Positions 61,451 through 64,000 of a stretch of 64,000 bases of DNA are shown here, in pieces; within the stretch, counting starts at the first letter, position 1; every line of letters starts with the position of its first letter. Source of the DNA: an uncultured Bacilli bacterium (GTDB taxonomy: Bacteria > Bacillota_I > Bacilli_A > RF39 > UBA660); contig CANQQV010000001.1 of the NCBI GenBank assembly GCA_947626095.1, forward strand, positions 98,009-162,008. The letters are read 5' to 3'. The notes below the pieces were generated by a model. That model saw only the letters and a list, made by a program, of their open reading frames with translations, made no database searches and was not told where the DNA came from. Made by a program: the position numbers and the translations under genes.

Positions 61451-61738
61451 ATAGAGGATAAGAAATATACTCTTGGTGATTTAATAACTTGTATTGGAAG
61501 TCTAGTAAAAGATTATGAAAATGACTTGAATAATCATCAAATAAATGGTAATAAACAACACAGGTTAGTTAAAACCAAAGATGTAGTTAAGGAATACCCA
61601 ATCTTAACTTTGTATGCTCTTGAAAAAGCAGTCAAAGAAAATAAGATTCCTTATACTCGAGTTGGTAATACTAATTACTTTGATGTTGTAGATATAGAAG
61701 AATATATAACATCCAATAAGCGAAATGGTGATGATTAG
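61451..61738 (+). CDS. xis: excisionase-like HTH protein (ATA start proposed)
   Basis: KIPYTRVG...IEEYI; directly upstream of integrase; GGAGG, 7 nt, ATA. Confidence 0.7.
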   Translation: MEDKKYTLGDLITCIGSLVKDYENDLNNHQINGNKQHRLVKTKDVVKEYPILTLYALEKAVKENKIPYTRVGNTNYFDVVDIEEYITSNKRNGDD

Positions 61739-61740
61739 TT

Positions 61741-63321
61741 ATGGCTAGATTAAGTAAAAATGATATTTCTCGTTTTTCTATTTCTTTTGAAGAAGTAAAT
61801 AAACTAAATATTTCAAAAGATGATTTAAAAGGAATAACTGAAATAATACCAAATAAAAAATATAGAATTGTTGTTAGCAATGGTATGAAACGAGATGGAA
61901 GTCGTGATCGTATAAGTGAAACAATCGAAGGATCTCTTTTGGATGCAGTGGAAAGAAAAAAACAAATAAAAAAGGATTTGGATCAAAATGTTATTACAGC
62001 TGATGCTCGTTCTAAATTTGAAGATTTTTCTAAATTATACATTTCCTACTTGGAAGAAAAAGTAAAAAATAATCAGTTATCTGCTACCACTTATCAAAAC
62101 TATTATTCAATATTAGAAAAAAGGATACTACCTTATTTTAAAAATATGGTGGTACTAGATATTAATGAAAGAGATATTGAACATTGGATTGCAGTTTTAG
62201 GAAAAACTAAAACTAATACTTCTGATCGTGAATTCTTGCATCCTACCACAATTGCTCATGCATATAAAGTTTTATATAATATGTTTAACTTTGCTAAACT
62301 TGAAAGAATTTTAAGAGAAAACCCTTGCGAGTTCGTTCATAAAAAACCAACTGAAGCTCCTGATGAAAAAGAATATTTTACTCTCGAAGAAATGGACTAT
62401 ATTAAGGAATTACTTACAACTGCAAATATAAGATTAAAATCTGCTATATATTTAACTATGGATACAGGTTGTCGTAGAGAGGAAATATGTGGTCTTAAAT
62501 GGGAAGATCTTGACTTTGAAAATAATACAATTGATATCAATAAAGCAGTAGTTTCTAATTATGTGAAAACTAATTTAGATATTCCTAGAGTTCGTGAAAA
62601 AGATGTTAAAACAAAAAATAGTAAAAGAAAAATTGGTGTTCCAAAAGTAACTATGGATATACTAAAACAATATAAAACTTTTAAATCAGATATGGGTATT
62701 CGAGTAAAAGAACAGGATTATGTTTTTACAAATTGGGATAGTAATAAAGTTTTAGATCCTAATAGATTAACTTCCGAGTGGGCAAATTTTAGGCGAGATC
62801 ATGGTATAACAAAGAAAGTACCAATTCATGGATTGAGGCATTCCAATGCTACTTTTCTTCTATCAACTGGGATGCCTGATAAAGATGTTGCTAAAAGATT
62901 AGGTCATACACCTGAAGTTTTAGGTAGGATTTATACTCATAGTAATATGGAAGATGATAAAAAGTTATTGAATGTTTTAGAAGAAAAGTTTTATGGTGAT
63001 AAGAATAAATTTAAGTTAGAGTCTATTTGTTCTATAATTGCAGGTAATGTTAATAATGAATATGAAACCGAAAACTATAAACTTCTAGATTATTTAACAA
63101 GGGAACGAGTAATGAAGGAAGATGTTGATTCGTATTTAGAACCTTGTAAAAAATATTTGCTTTCACAATTTCCTGTATTAGAGATATTTACTTATAATGA
63201 TGTAACTAATGATTCCAAAAAGTTTAATGAAAAAGTAAATGACTTTAAAAACTTTATGGGTGATAAAACTGAAATCAATCCACCTGATGATATTAAAAAA
63301 ATTGAAAGAATAGATATTTGA
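61741..63321 (+). CDS. int: tyrosine integrase with C-terminal extension
   Basis: TGCRREE, KT, HGLRH, RLGH, IYTH catalytic set. Confidence 0.95.
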   Translation: MARLSKNDISRFSISFEEVNKLNISKDDLKGITEIIPNKKYRIVVSNGMKRDGSRDRISETIEGSLLDAVERKKQIKKDLDQNVITADARSKFEDFSKLYISYLEEKVKNNQLSATTYQNYYSILEKRILPYFKNMVVLDINERDIEHWIAVLGKTKTNTSDREFLHPTTIAHAYKVLYNMFNFAKLERILRENPCEFVHKKPTEAPDEKEYFTLEEMDYIKELLTTANIRLKSAIYLTMDTGCRREEICGLKWEDLDFENNTIDINKAVVSNYVKTNLDIPRVREKDVKTKNSKRKIGVPKVTMDILKQYKTFKSDMGIRVKEQDYVFTNWDSNKVLDPNRLTSEWANFRRDHGITKKVPIHGLRHSNATFLLSTGMPDKDVAKRLGHTPEVLGRIYTHSNMEDDKKLLNVLEEKFYGDKNKFKLESICSIIAGNVNNEYETENYKLLDYLTRERVMKEDVDSYLEPCKKYLLSQFPVLEIFTYNDVTNDSKKFNEKVNDFKNFMGDKTEINPPDDIKKIERIDI

Positions 63322-63358
63322 GAGGATCTACAAATGGGTAGATTCTCTCTCTTTTTTT
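63320..63358 (+). terminator. terminator after int
   Basis: GAGAGGATCTAC/GTAGATTCTCTC stem plus T-run. Confidence 0.75.
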
Positions 63359-63808
63359 AGTTATTGACACAAATTGTGGCACAATTCTAAAAAGTGAGTT
63401 GAAATAAACTATTATAAAATCTAGGTTTTCTTGATATTAACATATTTGGTTTGCAGAACCGACGCTATAATTTTTTGTGCCAATTGCCTAAAAAATGAAT
63501 TGATTTAGAGCGATTTTGGAGGTTCTAAATTGATCCATTTTAACTAAAAAATTAGTGGCACAATTTCAAAAGTCAATCTTCACAAACCTTTATAAATACT
63601 GACTTTGCAAGATAGCAGTCAGTCGGTCTACAACCCAATTGGCACACGGATTTTTGGGGTAAAAAATTTTTGTGCCACTCGTGTGCCAAAAATATCAAAA
63701 AATATCAAAAAAAAGCCCTTTTTTGGACTTTTTGAAAAATTGTGAAATGCCTTGCTTTCCCTTTATTTATGGGCTTTTCAAAGCATTTCAAAAAAACTGA
63801 CTTCTTCG

Positions 63809-63852
63809 CTCCAAAACCGCTGATGTGGGTTCAACTCCTGCTACCCCTGCCA
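63809..63852 (+). pseudogene. 3' half of host tRNA-Trp (attR)
   Basis: CTCCAAAACCGCTGATGTGGGTTCAACTCCTGCTACCCCTGCCA; TACCCCT pairs with AGGGGTA at 30737. Confidence 0.9.
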
Positions 63853-64000
63853 ATGATATAAATTGCTCAACTCTTTTATAAGTTTGAGCTTTAAATATAA
63901 AATTAACTACTTTTTAGTAGTTAATTTTCAGAGCGTTGACAAAGTCAATAGCTCTTTTCTTTTTAAAAAATATATTATATAATTTATTTGTAAGGTTGCT

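Larger units (their letters stand above)
30767..63819 (+). mobile_element. integrative conjugative element (~33 kb) in tRNA-Trp
   Basis: 11-bp direct repeat CTCCAAAACCG at 30767 and 63809; integrase, xis, relaxase, VirB4, VirD4. Confidence 0.93.

Noticed and set aside
22561-61880. Shadow ORFs at 22561, 25372, 25980, 35554, 40949, 42456, 42577, 43753, 46347, 53760, 56337, 61131 and 61671
   Set aside because: They overlap real CDSs in other frames or strands, with no independent coding signal
30767-63819. Prophage interpretation (integrase, ArpU-like, Cro-like genes)
   Set aside because: No capsid, terminase or tail genes; a relaxase, VirB4 and VirD4 are present

Overview
Very AT-rich bacterial chromosome segment using the standard genetic code; the gene style suggests a small-genome gut Bacillota such as RF39-like Bacilli (inference). 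1-30.7 kb is host backbone: tmRNA, gmk, ybaK, def, CIRCE-controlled htpG, purB, an OatA-like acyltransferase, cls, a Cys-repeat surface protein and an aminotransferase-GNAT fusion. 30767-63819 is a ~33 kb ICE inserted in the anticodon loop of tRNA-Trp(CCA). It carries VirB4, VirD4, VirB6-like and pilin-like genes, a relaxase and oriT, a thioester adhesin with sortase, a BcgI-like RM system, an ArdC-like gene, Xis, a tyrosine integrase and an IS1182-type IS. Most unusual signals, all in the ICE: (1) three copies of a 33-bp promoter plus AAATAGTAATTT site, one empty and two followed by unrelated genes closed by AAATTA(C/T)AATTT, resembling integron-like cassette capture; (2) about 9 genes, including virD4 and xis, with ATA at the start position after a strong RBS; (3) the host tRNA-Trp is left split and the ICE supplies a complete divergent tRNA-Trp; (4) eight ICE proteins share a C-terminal x-[I/L]-x-I tail; (5) two nested right-hand att sites. 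All family calls come from motif recognition, not database searches.
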